Source: Eledone cirrhosa
Lineage: Eukaryota
NCBI GenBank assembly: GCA_964016885.1
Contig: OZ024741.1
Span: 336,412,001-336,476,000, forward strand
Reading direction: 5' to 3'
Length of the DNA: 64,000 nt
The translations under genes and the position numbers were made by a program. The first letter of the stretch is position 1, and every line of letters starts with the position of its first letter. This document shows, in pieces, positions 35,343-50,285 of the stretch. The notes beneath the pieces were generated by a model that was not told the DNA's origin, did no database searches, and saw only the letters and a list, made by a program, of their open reading frames with translations.

Positions 35343-35809
35343 ACACACACACACATGCACACATATTTATGAAGGTTATACAGAATACAACACAGCAAAT
35401 GACACAGAACAATGAAGATGCATTTAGTTTAATGCTCATGTATCTATCCTATATATCTATATATATGTGTGTACATACACACACATACATACATATATCT
35501 ATTTATCTATCTGTGTGTGTGTGTAAAAACATTTGTTGTTATTTCTGCATCTGTTTCATATATTTTCTATGAGCTTCATAATTTCATAATTCCTTAACAC
35601 TTCACTATGAAAGTTCGATGCTTTACATACAATTTTGTTTATATGTACAAGCTGTAAGAATTAGCATTCTAATTTGGATGGGATTGTTGTTAAATGTTGT
35701 TTACCTCAATTGTTAAAGAAGTCAGCAGGTATCTGAAAGGTAGTTTGATTTTTCCATAACTTTTTATCTGTCCACAGAGGTATTTTACCAGATATACTAA
35801 ACTAGTATT

Positions 35810-36398
35810 TCATCATCATCATCATCATCGTTTAACATCTATCTTCCACGCTAGCATGGGTTTAGACAGGAATTGTCCTACTTGAGGCAAGATTGGTCGG
35901 GTGACCATGTCTCACTCATATAGGACTGTCTGGCAGGTTTTCTATGGCTGGATGCCCTTCCTAACACCAACCACGTTTACAGTGTGGACTGGGAGGTTGT
36001 TACCGTGTTACCTACACGGCCACATTACAGCGTGGACTGTGTGTTTTTTTTTTCTGTCGTCACACCTACACGACCTCATTTATTTTGGACTGGATGTGGT
36101 GGTACCAACATAACTTTACGGAGAAAGGGTGGTGTTGGTGGGAGGGGGTATATATTTGGTTAAGAGGTGCCTATTGACTGTAGGTTTCACTTTGAACATA
36201 GGCAAGGCGGGTCTTCTGTATTACTGCGTAGCGCCAAAGATCTCGGTCCAGTGACATTGTCTTAGAGAGGTCTAAGTGTGTAAGGTCGGAATTTATCGAA
36301 TCTTCCCAGGTTTTTCTGGGTCTACCTACTCCGCAACTTCTATCAATTTTGATCGCCCTGCACTTTTTTATACAGCTGTTGTCTTTCATGCGCATCAT
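35810..36398 (-). mobile_element. RTE LINE, 5'-truncated (subfamily B): ORF2 C-terminus plus 3' UTR
   Basis: Encodes [38 protein letters not shown]...DRDLWRYAV, with the [11 protein letters not shown] motif typical of the RTE C-terminus; (GAT)n tail. Confidence 0.93.
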
Positions 36399-36450
36399 TT
36401 ATAACAATTAACTGTGTTTACAGTTCTATTTGCATCTAAGTTTCTTACCT

Positions 36451-36454
<4 letters not shown>

Positions 36455-36546
<92 letters not shown>

Positions 36547-36556
36547 TCTCTCTCTC
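36455..36556. repeat. (CT)n microsatellite
   Basis: Direct reading. Confidence 0.97.
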
Positions 36557-36942
36557 AAGGCCGGATTGGAAATCTTTAAAGTTTTAATGTTGCAAAAACA
36601 CTATATGTATTTCAATGGCCTAGTTACATCATCTGCTCATGAATGAAGCCTTTCGGCAATTCAATCAGGTACAGATTGTACAATTAGTTAATTAATAACA
36701 GGATTACAGCAAACACAAGCATAATATATATATATATTAACTCAATATATGTATTGAGTTGGGGCCCTATGACTGAGCTGTTGCTGTTTTGACAGCAAAT
36801 TCCAGACTAGCTGTTGAAACAGAAATAGCTCTCACTAGGTTCTGACACCCTGACTCTCCAATATATTTACAAGCCACTATCCCAAGTATCAAGTATTCTG
36901 CTGAATAATGGTCTTACTAGTTTAAAAATGGTAAAATCCTGA

Positions 36943-37067
<125 letters not shown>

Positions 37068-37736
37068 CCTCAATGATGAAGGAATTTTCTTCCAGTGCTG
37101 GTTGTCTTAATTTGAGATAATTAATAAACATCTGCAATGGTTGGTATGAATCTATTGAGAAGGACACAAGCTAGAATTTTGCCTGCAATTGTGAGTAACA
37201 TGATGTGAGTAACATAAAATATATATATATACATTTAAACATTATAAACCTGTGATTTAATCTGAAGAGAAGTGTAGATAAACTAGAATCAATATGAATT
37301 CTCTGGAGATTGATATCAAATTATTTTACTTTATAATTAGACTATATTGTTAATAAATATTGCCTAATGTAGCTATTACTGGCATATGTAAAGATCTGCT
37401 TTTACAACTTATGATAAACACATTGTCTTTGTTATCGTCACAATATTTAGTCACAAACACACCCACCCTCTTCAAAACTGATCCCCTGTTTATCTGTTTC
37501 TGCTCTCTCTCTCTCTCTCTCTCTAACTTAAAAACTGAATCCCTCCCCTCCCTCTCTTTTTCTCACTTCAAAACTGACTCCTCTCTCTCATCTCCACCTC
37601 TTCCCCCTCTCTCTCAGTAGTAGTTGTAGTAGTAGTAATAGTAGTAGCAGTGGTAGTAGTAGTAATTATCATCAATCATTTGTTCAATCAATCAAATTTC
37701 TTTTTGAACTTTTAAACAATATTTGCTTCAGTTTGA

Positions 37737-37756
37737 GCAACAGCAATGACAACAAC

Positions 37757-37790
<34 letters not shown>

Positions 37791-40700
37791 ACAACAGCAA
37801 TGTCTACAACAACAGCAATGACAACAACAGCAATGACAACAACAACAGCAATGAAAACAACAACAGCAATGACAACAACAACAGCAATGACTACAATAAC
37901 AGCAATGACAACAACAACAGCAATGACTACAATAACAACAATGACTACAATAACAGCAATGACTACAATAACAGCAATGACAACAACAACAGCAATGACT
38001 ACAATAACAGCAATGACAACAACAACAGCAATGACAACAACAGCAATGACAACAACAACAGCAATGACAGTAACTACAACAACAACAGTTACAATATAAC
38101 AACAATGAGAGTACAACAACAACAACAGTTACAATATAACAACAATGACAGTACAACAACAACAGTTACAATATAACAAGAATGGCAGAACAACAGCAGT
38201 TACAATATAACAACAATGACAGTACAACAACAACAGTAACAATATAACAACAACAGTTACAATATAACAACAATGGCAGTACAACAACAGTTACAATATA
38301 ACAACAATGAGAGTAAAACAACAACAACAGTTACAATATAACAACAATGACAGTACAACAATAACAGTTACAATATAACAACAATGACAGTACAATAACA
38401 ACAGTTACAATATAACAACAATGTCAGTACAACAACTGCAGCAGCAGAAACAGTAAAACAGTGTCAATATAACAACAATGACAGTATAAACCTGCAGTTA
38501 CAATATAACAGCAATGGCAGTACAACAACAACAGTTACAATATAACAATGACAGTACAACAACAGCAGTTACAATATAACAACAATGAGAGTACAACAAC
38601 AACAACAGTTACAATATAACAACAATGACAGTACAACAACAACAGTTACAATATAACAAGAATGGCAGTACAACAACAGTAACAATATAACAACAATGAC
38701 AGTAAAACAACAACAGTAACAATATAACAACAACAGTTACAATATAACAACAATGGCAGTACAACAACAGCAGTTACAATATAACAACAATGGCAGTACA
38801 ACAACAACAGTTACAATATAACAACAATGAGAGTACAACAACAACAACAACAGTTACAATATAACAACAATGACAGTACAACAACAACAGTTACAATATA
38901 ACAACAATGACAGTACAGTAACAACAGTTACAATATAACAACAATGTCAGTACAACAACTGCAGCAGCAGAAACAGTAAAACAATGTCAATATAACAACA
39001 ATGACAGTACAAACCTGCAGTTACAATATAACAAGAATGGCAGTATAACAACAACAGTTACAACATAACAACGATGACAGTACAACAGCAGTTACAATAT
39101 AACAACAATGGCAGTACAACAACAACAGTTACAATATAACAACAATGACAGTACAACAACAGCAGTTACAATATAACAACAATGGCAGTACAACAACAGT
39201 TACAATATAACAACAATAACAGGACAACAACAACAGTTACAATATAACAACAATGGCAGTACAACAACAACAACAGTTACAATATAACAACAATGTCAGT
39301 ACAACAACAGCAGTTACAATATAACAACAATGGCAGTACAACAACAACAGTTACAATATAACATCAATGGCAGTACAACAACAGCAGTTACAATATAACA
39401 ACAATGAGAGTACAACAACAACAACAGTTACAATATAACAACAATGACAGTACAACAACAACAGTTACAATATAACAGGAATGGCAGTACAACAACAGTA
39501 ACAATATAACAACAATGACAGTAAAACAACAACAGTAACAATATAACAACAACAGTTACAATATAACAACAATGGCAGTACAACAACAGTTACAATATAA
39601 CAACAATGAGAGTACAACAACAACAACAACAGTTACAATATAACAACAATGACAGTACAACAACAACAGTTACAATATAACAACAATGACAGTACAGTAA
39701 CAACAGTTACAATATAACAACAATGTCAGTACAACAACTGCAGCAGCAGAAACAGTAAAACAATGTCAATATAACAACAATGACAGTACAAACCTGCAGT
39801 TACAATATAACAAGAATGGCAGTATAACAACAACAGTTACAATATAACAACGATGACAGTACAACAGCAGTTACAATATAACAACAATGGCAGTACAACA
39901 ACAACAGTTACAATATAACAACAATGACAGTACAACAACAGCAGTTACAATATAACAACAATGGCAGTACAACAACAACAGTTACAATATAACAACAATA
40001 ACAGGACAACAACAACAGTTACAATATAACAACAATGGCAGTACAACAACAACAACAGTTACAATATAACAACAATGTCAGTACAACAACAGCAGTTACA
40101 ATATAACAACAATGGCAGTACAACAACAACAGTTACAATATAACATCAATGGCAGTACAACAACAGCAGTTACAATATAACAACAATGGCAATACAACAA
40201 CAACAGTTACAATATAACAACAATGACAGTACAACAACAGCAGTTACAATATAACAACAACGACAGTACAACAACAACAGTTACAATATAACAACAATGA
40301 CAGTACAACAACAGTTACAATATAACAACAATGACAGTACAACAACAGTTACAATATAACAACAATGGCAGTACAACAACAACAGTTACAATATAACAAC
40401 AATGGCAGTACAACAACAACAACAACAGTTACAATATAACAACAATGACAGTACAACAACTGCAGTTACAATATAACAACAATGGCAGTACAACAACAGT
40501 TACAATATAACAACAATGGCAGTACAACAACAGTTACAATATAACAACAATGACAGTACAACAACAGTTACAATATAACAACAATGGCAGTACAACAACA
40601 GTTACAATATAACAACAATGACAGTACAACAACAGTTACAATATAATAACAATGGCAGTACAACAACAGTTACAATATAACAACGATGGCAGTACAACAA

Positions 40701-43700
40701 CAGTTACAATATAACAACAATGACAGTACAAAAACAGTTACAATATAACAACAATGGCAGTACAACAACAGTTACAATATAACAACAATAACAGTACAAC
40801 AACAAGAGTTACAATATAACAACAATGTCAGTACAACAACAGCAGTTACAATATAACAACAATGGCAGTACAACAACAACAGTTACAATATAACAACAAT
40901 GGCAGTACAACAACAGCAGTTACAATATAACAACAATGTCAGTACAACAACAGTTACAATATAACAACAATGGCAGTACAACAACTGCAGTTACAATATA
41001 ACAACAATGACAGTACAACAACAGTTACAATATAACAACAATGACAGTACAACAACAGTTACAATATAACAACAATGGCAGTACAACAACTGCAGTTACA
41101 ATATAACAACAATGACAGTACAACAACAACAGTTACAATATAACATCAATGGCAGTACAACAACAGCAGTTACAATATAACAACAATGACAGTACAACAA
41201 CAACAGTTACAATATAACAGCAATGACAGTACAACAACAACAGTTACAATATAACAACAATGACAGTACAACAACAGTTACAATATAACAACAATGGCAG
41301 TACAACAACTGCAGTTACAATATAACAACAATGGCAGTACAACAACAACAGTTACAATATAACAACAATGACAGTACAACAACAGCAGTTACAATATAAC
41401 AACAATGACAGTACAACTGCAGTTACAATATAACAACAATGGCAGTACAACAACAGCAGTTACAATATAACAACAACGACAGTACAATAACAGCAGTTAC
41501 AATATAACAACAATGTCAGTACAACAACAGTTAAAATATAACAATAATGGCAGTACAACAACTGCAGTTACAATATAACAACAATGGCAGTACAACAACA
41601 GTTACAATCTAACAACAATGTCAGTACAACAACAGTTACAATATAACAACAATCGCAGTACAGCAACAGCAGTTACAATATAACAACAATGACAGTACAA
41701 CAACAGCAGTTACAATATAACAACAATGACAGTAAAACAACAGCAGTTACAATATAACAACAATGTCAGTACAACAACAACAGCAGTTACAATATAACAA
41801 CAATGACAGTACAACAACAACAGCAGTTACAATATAACAACAATGGCAGTACAACAACTGCAGTTACAATATAACAACAATGACAGTATAACAACAGTTG
41901 CAATATAACAACAATGACAGTACAACAACAACAACAACGGTTACAATATAACAACAATGACAGTACAACAACGACAGTTACAATATAACATCAATGGCAG
42001 TACAACAACAGCAGTTACAATATAACAACAATGGCAGTACAACAACAGCAGTTAAAATATAACAACAATGGCAGTACAACAACAGCAGTTACAATATAAC
42101 AACAATGGCAGTACAACAACAACAGTTACAATATAACAACAATAACAGTACAACAACAGCAGCTACAATATAACAGCAATGACAGTACAACAACAGCAGT
42201 TACAATGGCAGTACAACAACAACAGTTACAATACAACAACAATGGCAGTACAACAACAGCAGTTACAATATAACAACAATGGCAGTACAACAACAGTTAC
42301 AATATAACAACAATGACAGAACAAAAACTGCAGTTACAATATAACAACAATGGTAGTACAACAACAGTTACAATATAACAACAATGACAGTACAACAACT
42401 GCAGTTACAATATAACAACAATGGTAGTACAACAACAGTCACAATATAACAACAATGACAGTACAACAACAGCAGTTACAATATAACAACAATGGCAGTA
42501 CAACAACAGCAGTTACAATATAACAACAATGGCAGTACAACAACGGCAGTTACAATATAACAACAATGGTAGTACAACAACAGTTAAAATGTAACAACAA
42601 TGATAGTACAACAACTGCAGTTACAATATAACAACAATGGCAGTACAACAACAACAGTTACAATATAACAACAATGGTAGTACAACAACAGTTACAATAT
42701 AACGACAATGGCAGTACAACAACGACAGTTACATTTTAACAACAATGACAGTACAACAACTGCAGTTACAATATAACAACAATGGCAGTACAACAACATT
42801 AGTTACAATATAACAACAATGGCAGTACAACAACAGTTACAATATAACAACAATGACAGTACAACAACAGTTACAATATAACAACAATGACAGTACAACA
42901 ACAGCAGTTACAATATACCAACAATGTCAGTACAACAACAGTTACAATATAACAACAATGACAGTACAACAACAGTTACAATATAACAACAATGTCAGTA
43001 CAACAACAGTTACAATATAACAACAATGGCAGTACAGCAACAGCAGTTACAATATAACATCAATGGCAGTACAACAACAGTTACAATATAACAACAATGG
43101 CAGTACAACAACTGCAGTTACAATATAACAACAATGGCAGTACAACAACAGTTACAATATAACAACAATGGCAGTACAGCAACAGCAGTTACAATATAAC
43201 AACAATGAAAGTACAACAACAGCAGTTACAATATAACAACAATGACAGTACAACAACAGCAGTTACAATATAACAACAATGGCAGTACAACAACAGTTAC
43301 AATATAACAACAATGACAGTACAATAACAGCAGTTACAATATAACAACAATGTCAGTACAACAACAGTTACAATATAACAATAATGGCAGTACAACAACT
43401 GCAGTTACAATATAACAACAATGGCAGTACAACAACAGTTACAATATAACAACAATGGCAGTACAACAACTGCAGTTACAATATAACAACAATGGCAGTA
43501 CAACAACAGTTACAATATAACAACAATGACAGTACAACAACAGTTACAATATAACAACAATGACAGTACAACAACAGTTACAATATAACAACAATGACAG
43601 TACAACAACGACAGTTACAATATAACATCAATGGCAGTACAACAACAGCAGTTACAATATAACAAGAATGGCAGTACAACAACAGCAGTTACAATATAAC

Positions 43701-45890
43701 AACAATGGCAGTACAACAACAGCAGTTACAATATAACAACAATGGCAGTACAACAACAGCAGTTACAATATAACAAGAATGGCAGTACAACAACAGTTAC
43801 AATATAACAACAATGACAGTACAACAACAGTTACAATATAACAACAATGGCAGTACAACAACAACAGTTACAATATAACATCAATGGCAGTACAACAACA
43901 GCAGTTACAATATAACAAGAATGGCAGTACAACAACAGCAGTTACAATATAACAACAATGGCAGTACAACAACAGCAGTTACAATATAACATCAATGGCA
44001 GTACAACAACAGCAGTTACAATATAACAAGAATGGCAGTACAACAACAGTTACAATACAACAACAATGACAGTACAATAACAGCAGTTACAATATAACAA
44101 CAATGTCAGTACAACAACAGTTACAATATAACAATAATGGCAGTACAACAACTGCAGTTACAATATAACAACAATGGCAGTACAACAACAGTTACAATAT
44201 AACAACAATGGCAGTACAACAACTGCAGTTACAATATAACAACAATGGCAGTACAACAACAGTTACAATATAACAACAATGACAGTACAACAACAGTTAC
44301 AATATAACAACAATGACAGTACAACAACAGTTACAATATAACAACAATGACAGTACAACAACGACAGTTACAATATAACATCAATGGCAGTACAACAACA
44401 GCAGTTACAATATAACAAGAATGGCAGTACAACAACAGCAGTTACAATATAACAACAATGGCAGTACAACAACAGCAGTTACAATATAACAACAATGGCA
44501 GTACAACAACAGCAGTTACAATATAACAAGAATGGCAGTACAACAACAGTTACAATATAACAACAATGACAGTACAACAACAGTTACAATATAACAACAA
44601 TGGCAGTACAACAACAACAGTTACAATATAACATCAATGGCAGTACAACAACAGCAGTTACAATATAACAAGAATGGCAGTACAACAACAGCAGTTACAA
44701 TATAACAACAATGGCAGTACAACAACAGCAGTTACAATATAACAAGAATGGCAGTACAACAACAGTTACAATATAACAACAATGACAGTACAACAACAGT
44801 TACAATATAACAACAATGGCAGTAGAACAACAACAGTTACAATATAACATCAATGGCAGTACAGCAACAGCAGTTACAATATAACAAGAATGGCAGTACA
44901 ACAACAGCAGTTACAATATAACAACAATGGCAGTACAACAACAGCAGTTACAATATAACATCAATGGCAGTACAACAACAGCAGTTACAATATAACAAGA
45001 ATGGCAGTACAACAACAGTTACAATATAACAAAAATGACAGTACAACAACAGTTACAATATAACAACAATGGCAGTACAACATCAACAGTTACAATATAA
45101 CATCAATGGCAGTACAACAACAGCAGTTACAATATAACAAGAATGGCAGTACAACAACAGCAGTTACAATATAACAACAATGGCAGTACAACAACAGCAG
45201 TTACAATATAACATCAATGGCAGTACAACAACAGCAGTTACAATATAACAAGAATGGCAGTACAACAACAGTTACAATATAACAACAATGACAGCACAAC
45301 AACAGTTACAATATAACAACAATGGCAGTACAACAACAACAGTTACAATATAACATCAATGGCAGTACAACAGCAGTTACAATATAACAAGAATGGCAGT
45401 ACAACAACAGCAGTTACAATATAACAACAATGACAGTACAACAACAGCAGTTACAATATAACAACAATGGCAGTACAACAACAACAGTTACAATACAACA
45501 ACAATAGCAGTACAACAACAGCAGTTACAATATAACAGCAATGGCAGTACAACAACAACAGCAGTTACAATATAACAACAATGGCAGTACAACAACAGCA
45601 ACAGCCGCAGTGAAAATATAACAGTGTCAATACAACAACAGCATTTGTGACAATATAACAGTGTCAATACAACAGCAGCAGTAGTGACACTATAACAGTG
45701 ACAGTACAACACCAACAGTGACAGTACAACAGCAGTAGTGACGACATAAGTGACAATACAACAACAACAGTGACAATACAATGACAACAGCGACAGTACA
45801 ATATAACAACGATGAGAGTATGGCAGCAGTAGTGACAATATAAGTGACAGTACAACAACAACAGTGACAGTACAACAAGAGCAGTGACAA
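37737..45890. repeat. CAA-rich satellite, main unit 33/36/39 bp (CAGTTACAATATAACAACAATG[A/G]CAGTA(CAA)2-4), with 15-18-bp units at the left end
   Basis: Direct reading; unit length varies in CAA/CAG triplet steps. Confidence 0.97.
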
Positions 45891-45915
45891 TAAAACACAA
45901 AAACAACATTATGGC

Positions 45916-46108
45916 CACTACTACTACTACTACTACTACTACAAGAACAACTACAGTATAGCCACTACTACTACAACAACAACTACAGTATAGCCACCAC
46001 TACTACTACAACAACAACTACAGTATAGCCACTACTACTACTACAACAACTACAGTATAGCCACTACTACTACTACTACTACTACTACAACAACAACTAC
46101 AGTATAGA

Positions 46109-46165
<57 letters not shown>

Positions 46166-46185
46166 AACTACAGTATAGACATAGT
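45916..46185. repeat. (ACT)n-based minisatellite with a recurring ACAGTATAGCC linker
   Basis: Direct reading; about 5 linker copies. Confidence 0.9.
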
Positions 46186-46567
46186 ATAAATGAAACATGT
46201 TCAATCTGAAAATGGCTGCATTAGAATTATTGTTGAAAACACAGCTTGGAAAAAACAAACAGGGGAAATATCTCTCTTCCATTCTCCCCCACCCCAGTCA
46301 TTCACCCTCTCTATTTTTCTCCCCTCTTCTTGGTCCCTACCTATCTCTGTCTGTCTTTTTTCACCTCTCTTCTCAGCCTCCACCCATCTGTCTTTCTTTT
46401 TTCTCCCCTCTTCCCCTATCTCTATCTCTTTTCTCTCCCCAGTCCCTACCCTTCTGTATCTTTTCTCCTCCCCTCTTTCCAACCCCCTCTCCCTATTTTT
46501 TCTTTCATATTTTTTCTCTTCTGTTTTATTCCACTGCTAACTTATTTATGGTCAATACCCTCAAAAT

Positions 46568-46598
<31 letters not shown>

Positions 46599-47665
46599 AT
46601 TGTTGACTGTTTTTTGAGTTCTTTTTTCATTTATATCTTTTTCTATCCCTAAAAATGGAATCACTGTTGGGGAGTTATTTATTATCCTTAGCAATATGAT
46701 TGATTATCCTTGGCAACCTGAATCCCCTTGATTTTCGATTTTCGTGCAAGTTTTATTTAACTGGGAGATTGGGATAGATGGACTGGTTGGTTGGCTGGAT
46801 GAGATGGATGTGAATGTGTTTAAAGTGGGTGTTTAGCTAGCCAGCCAGCAGTGGGGAGGGAAAGAAATATACCCCCTGATGTGAAACTGAGGCTTCACTT
46901 CACATATCTGACCAGTAATCTTTAGCAGATTTCAAGTGTCATAAAAAATATTGCTGTGAATATTTAATACAGGATGTTGTTCTCTCATCAAAGATTGGCA
47001 ACATCAATAATAAAAAAAACACACATACACACACCCAAAAAACAAGATAGTAAAAAAGGAGAATTATAGATTAGTCATTTCTCATTCATCAAACAAAATA
47101 TAAAATAAAAAATAAATACCTAAAGAATAAAAATGCTTCAGTTAATTATATCAGCATTATTGTGAAGGTGTCCCTAGAAAAGAGTAGAGTAGACAGTCTA
47201 TTTGTGCCCTAACGTGAGGGTGTCTACTTCAGCTCAGGCAGATCTACAGATCTCGTGTTGTAAAGAGGAATAGAGCATAAAGTGTGTTTGATTAGCCAGA
47301 AGAGCCAGTTTTATGGCTGGATTGATGATAGCCTTTCTCTTGTGATAACATCTGTAATGTGCGATGGAGCTTGGTAATTTTATTTTACAATGTTCCATGA
47401 TGTTCGTTTATCTTTAACAAAAAAAGAAAAAGAAAACCACTTATCATCATCTCCCCCACAGAGTTATGGACACTACTACACTCCGTTTCCTCTCTTCAAC
47501 TCATTGTAGTCACCTTAAGTGCAGCTTAAGATTCTATATATTTCTGTTATATATATTTATATTTTTTATAAGCTCTTGAAAATAAAAAGAAAATAGTTAA
47601 GGTAGAAAATAGAGAAACTATCTTAAGGTAGGAGAATTCTGAGAATAATTTCTTCCCTCATTGAC

Positions 47666-47827
47666 TCAGCACAACAATGCTGAACTGATCTTCTTCGTCT
47701 TTGTCTTTTTCTTCTGAGAGGGCCCAGGGGTAGAGTCTTCAAACACTTCCAAAAATAATCTGATTACATAAAATATGGTATCCATGCTAAAGTTCGACCA
47801 ACGAACTCTTACATCCATTGGCAGGAA
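47666..47827 (-). CDS. candidate terminal coding exon of an unidentified gene (FLPMDVRVRWSNFSMDTIFYVIRLFLEVFEDSTPGPSQKKKTKTKKISSALLC*)
   Basis: Non-repetitive 53-codon open frame; pyrimidine-rich acceptor (TTCTTTCTACACTGTCAGTTCAG); AATAAA on the minus strand at ~47379-47384; no recognisable homology. Confidence 0.3.
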   Translation of the reverse strand, partial: FLPMDVRVRWSNFSMDTIFYVIRLFLEVFEDSTPGPSQKKKTKTKKISSALLC

Positions 47828-47859
47828 CTGAACTGACAGTGTAGAAAGAATATGATGAT

Positions 47860-48370
47860 AATGATGATCATGATCATCATGATCATCATCACTGTTTAAC
47901 ATCTATTTTCCATGATTGTGGCTAGATTGCTTAAGTGACCATGTCTAGCTCATACACTACATTTTGGTTTTGTTTCTATGGTTGGATGCCATCCTAATGC
48001 CAACCACTTCACAGCATGTTTTATATGGCTGGATACCCTTCCTAACACCAGCCACTTCATAACATGTACTAGAAGCATAGTTTATATGGCTGGATGCCCT
48101 TCCTAATGCCAAACACTTTACAGCATGTACTGAAACATGATTTCTATGGCTGGATACCTTTTCTAACACCAACCACTTCATAACATATACATGGTTTATA
48201 TGGTTGGATGTGCTTTCTATAGCCAAACACATTACATTGGGTATTGGTTGCATTTTATCATGACTCTGGTACTACCACCTTACAGAGTAAACTGGGAGCT
48301 TTCTCATTATTGCATCAGCACTACTACTTTACAGAAGATTGGGTGCATTTTTTCATGATATTAGAAGTAC
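47860..48370 (-). mobile_element. old RTE-3'UTR-derived element with internal arrays (five ~58-bp units, then ~three 47-bp units)
   Basis: Degenerate (CAT)n tail plus TTTAACATCTATTTTCCATG; repeated TTTCTATGGCTGGATGCCCTTCCTAACACCAACCACTT. Confidence 0.8.
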
Positions 48371-48644
48371 TTGTAGATAATTCTGCCAATTCAAAAGAAT
48401 AACAATCTTGAGATCAAATTTAAAACTTAAAAGAAACTATAAAGAAATGGCTTCTTATCATCTTACTATAAACATTCAGCATGAAAATTCCTGCCCTACA
48501 GCCTCATGGGTATTTGGTATTTGGTCCTACTCTAGCTAATACATCACTTTAAATGTATTCTATTAGCTTTGAAGTATCATTTAAAACCTTTAATCTCAAT
48601 TACTTTCTGAAGGAAGTTGGCAGAATATAAAAGATAAATCATTC

Positions 48645-48780
48645 CACACTGTAAATGTGGTTGGCATTAGGAAAGACATCCAGCTGTAGTAACATAGCCA
48701 GATACAACTCTGTATGAGCAAGACACGGTCAACTGATTTGACATGTCTCACAATGGGACAACTGATCAAACCCATGTAGT
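48645..48780 (+). mobile_element. diverged RTE 3' UTR fragment
   Basis: CCACACTGTAAATGTGGTTGGCATTAGGAAAGACATCCAGCTGTAG...AAACCCATG is colinear with 57030-57150. Confidence 0.75.
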
Positions 48781-48872
48781 TAGGCTTTATTTCTCAAATA
48801 AAGGTTTCTTTCCAATAATTCTATATCATCTATCAAAAGTAGAATATGTATTGAAATAAAAAAGTACACTGC

Positions 48873-48981
48873 ACATATGGACTGGAGTCGCATAAAATAA
48901 AGTGTCTTGCTCAAAGTCACAATGCAACACCGGTTATTGAACTTATAACTCTAGGATCATGAACCAAATGCCCTAACCATG
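48873..48981 (-). mobile_element. SINE 5' part (second SINE family)
   Basis: ATAAAGTGTCTTGCTCAAAGTCACAA...ATTGAAC (B-box-like on the minus strand); related to 57601 and 60223. Confidence 0.6.
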
Positions 48982-49319
48982 AAACCAAATTACCCTACAT
49001 TTATGTATGCATTGATAAATCTGGGTTACTTACTCTTCATATTTAATCATCAATTATATTCAAGGCTTTTAAGCCTTTGGGCATCCATCATTAAAGTAGA
49101 TGCTTGTTGTAGAGATTGAAATGTAGCTGACATTGTGAAATGTACAGTCAAGCAGATATATGTTTTATAAATCAAGTGGATCCCATTAGTAACTAAACAA
49201 GACCAGATACATTTATGTATAATAACTGGTTGGAATCCACTTATTATAAGCCAATATAACTCTCTTAACCTTCTTACTTCAGTCATTCAGAAATTTTAAA
49301 TAATGATCTCAAAATATAT

Positions 49320-49735
49320 TTGGGAAAGATTGCAAATAGGCTATTTGGGAAAGATTGATAAGCTATTTGGAAAATAGTAATAAGAATTATAGCTATAAGC
49401 TATTTGAGAAACTGATATGAGTTATTTTGGAAATATTTTAATAAACTATTAGTGAAATAGTAATAAATTATTTGGAAAATACAGTTATGTTATTTGGGAA
49501 ACAGTAATAAGCTATTTGAGAAAACTATTTTGAAAACATAGTTTATTCCAAATAGTTTATGTGGAAGCAGTTATAAGCTGTGTGGGAAATATTGCTATAA
49601 GCTTCTTAAGAAACAGATATAAGATATTTGGTTAAACAGTTATAAGCTAGTTTACTGCTATAAGCTATTTAGAAAACAGTTATAAGCTATTTGTGAATAG
49701 GTAATAAGACATTTGAGAAATATAGTAATAAGCTT
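49320..49735. repeat. degenerate ~22-24-bp minisatellite (ATAAGCTATTTGGGAAACAGT)
   Basis: ATAAGCTATTTG recurs more than 10 times with decay. Confidence 0.85.
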
Positions 49736-49811
49736 TGGTGTCACCATATATATGCATGCATGGTCTTGTAACTCTTGAAGGAGTCATAGAGGGCACTTTA
49801 TTAACATAGTG

Positions 49812-50074
49812 TTTCTAAGGCTTTTTTAAATCTGACGGTGCCCATCCCTCTCCAGATCTGACTATAGCAGATTTCTTCCAGAGAGAGGAAGTGAGAAAGA
49901 AATATAGAGAAAGCATCTACCCCAGTACTAGAGTGTTACTATTTTTTATCGACCTCAAAAGGATGAAAGGCAAAGTTGTCCATGGCGGGATTTGAACTCA
50001 GAGAGCACAGAGACGGAACGAATGCTGTAAAGTATTCTATCTGACATTCTAATGACTCTGCCAATTCACTGCCT
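49812..50074 (-). mobile_element. near full-length tRNA-derived SINE
   Basis: Minus strand: AAGGCAGTGAATTGGCAGAGTC (A-box-like), GAGTTCAAATCCC (B-box), CTTTGCCTTTCATCCTTTTGAGGTCGATAAAA core; 3' part shared with 61575 and 62291. Confidence 0.85.
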
Positions 50075-50285
50075 TGTCTCCCTATGTATAAAGATTGCAA
50101 AAGTAAAATGTTTGGGAATGACAACTACTTTTAATTTAAATGAAATGGTGCCCATCTTTTTCCTTTGATGCCCTAAATTTATGCTCAATTTTGCTTCATC
50201 ATTAATACAGTCCAGTATTCAAATGTAAAATAAAAGCAAACAAAAATGCTGTTGTGTCAAAAAGCATAACTTAATGATTCACAAA

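Noticed and set aside
37712-38176. Poly-N, poly-T, poly-V and Cys/His-rich ORFs (also 45488-45918)
   Set aside because: Triplet-based satellite open in several frames; no splice context or unique domain.
46190-46652. Overlapping S/L/P/F-rich ORFs
   Set aside because: Pyrimidine-rich low-complexity tract, open in multiple frames.
49034-49286. Minus-strand ORF with a nearby GTAAGT donor
   Set aside because: All three frames after the putative acceptor at 49126 stop before the donor; no recognisable homology.
49990-50074. tRNA genes (also 62300-62372)
   Set aside because: A/B-box-like motifs belong to SINE heads; no cloverleaf could be built.
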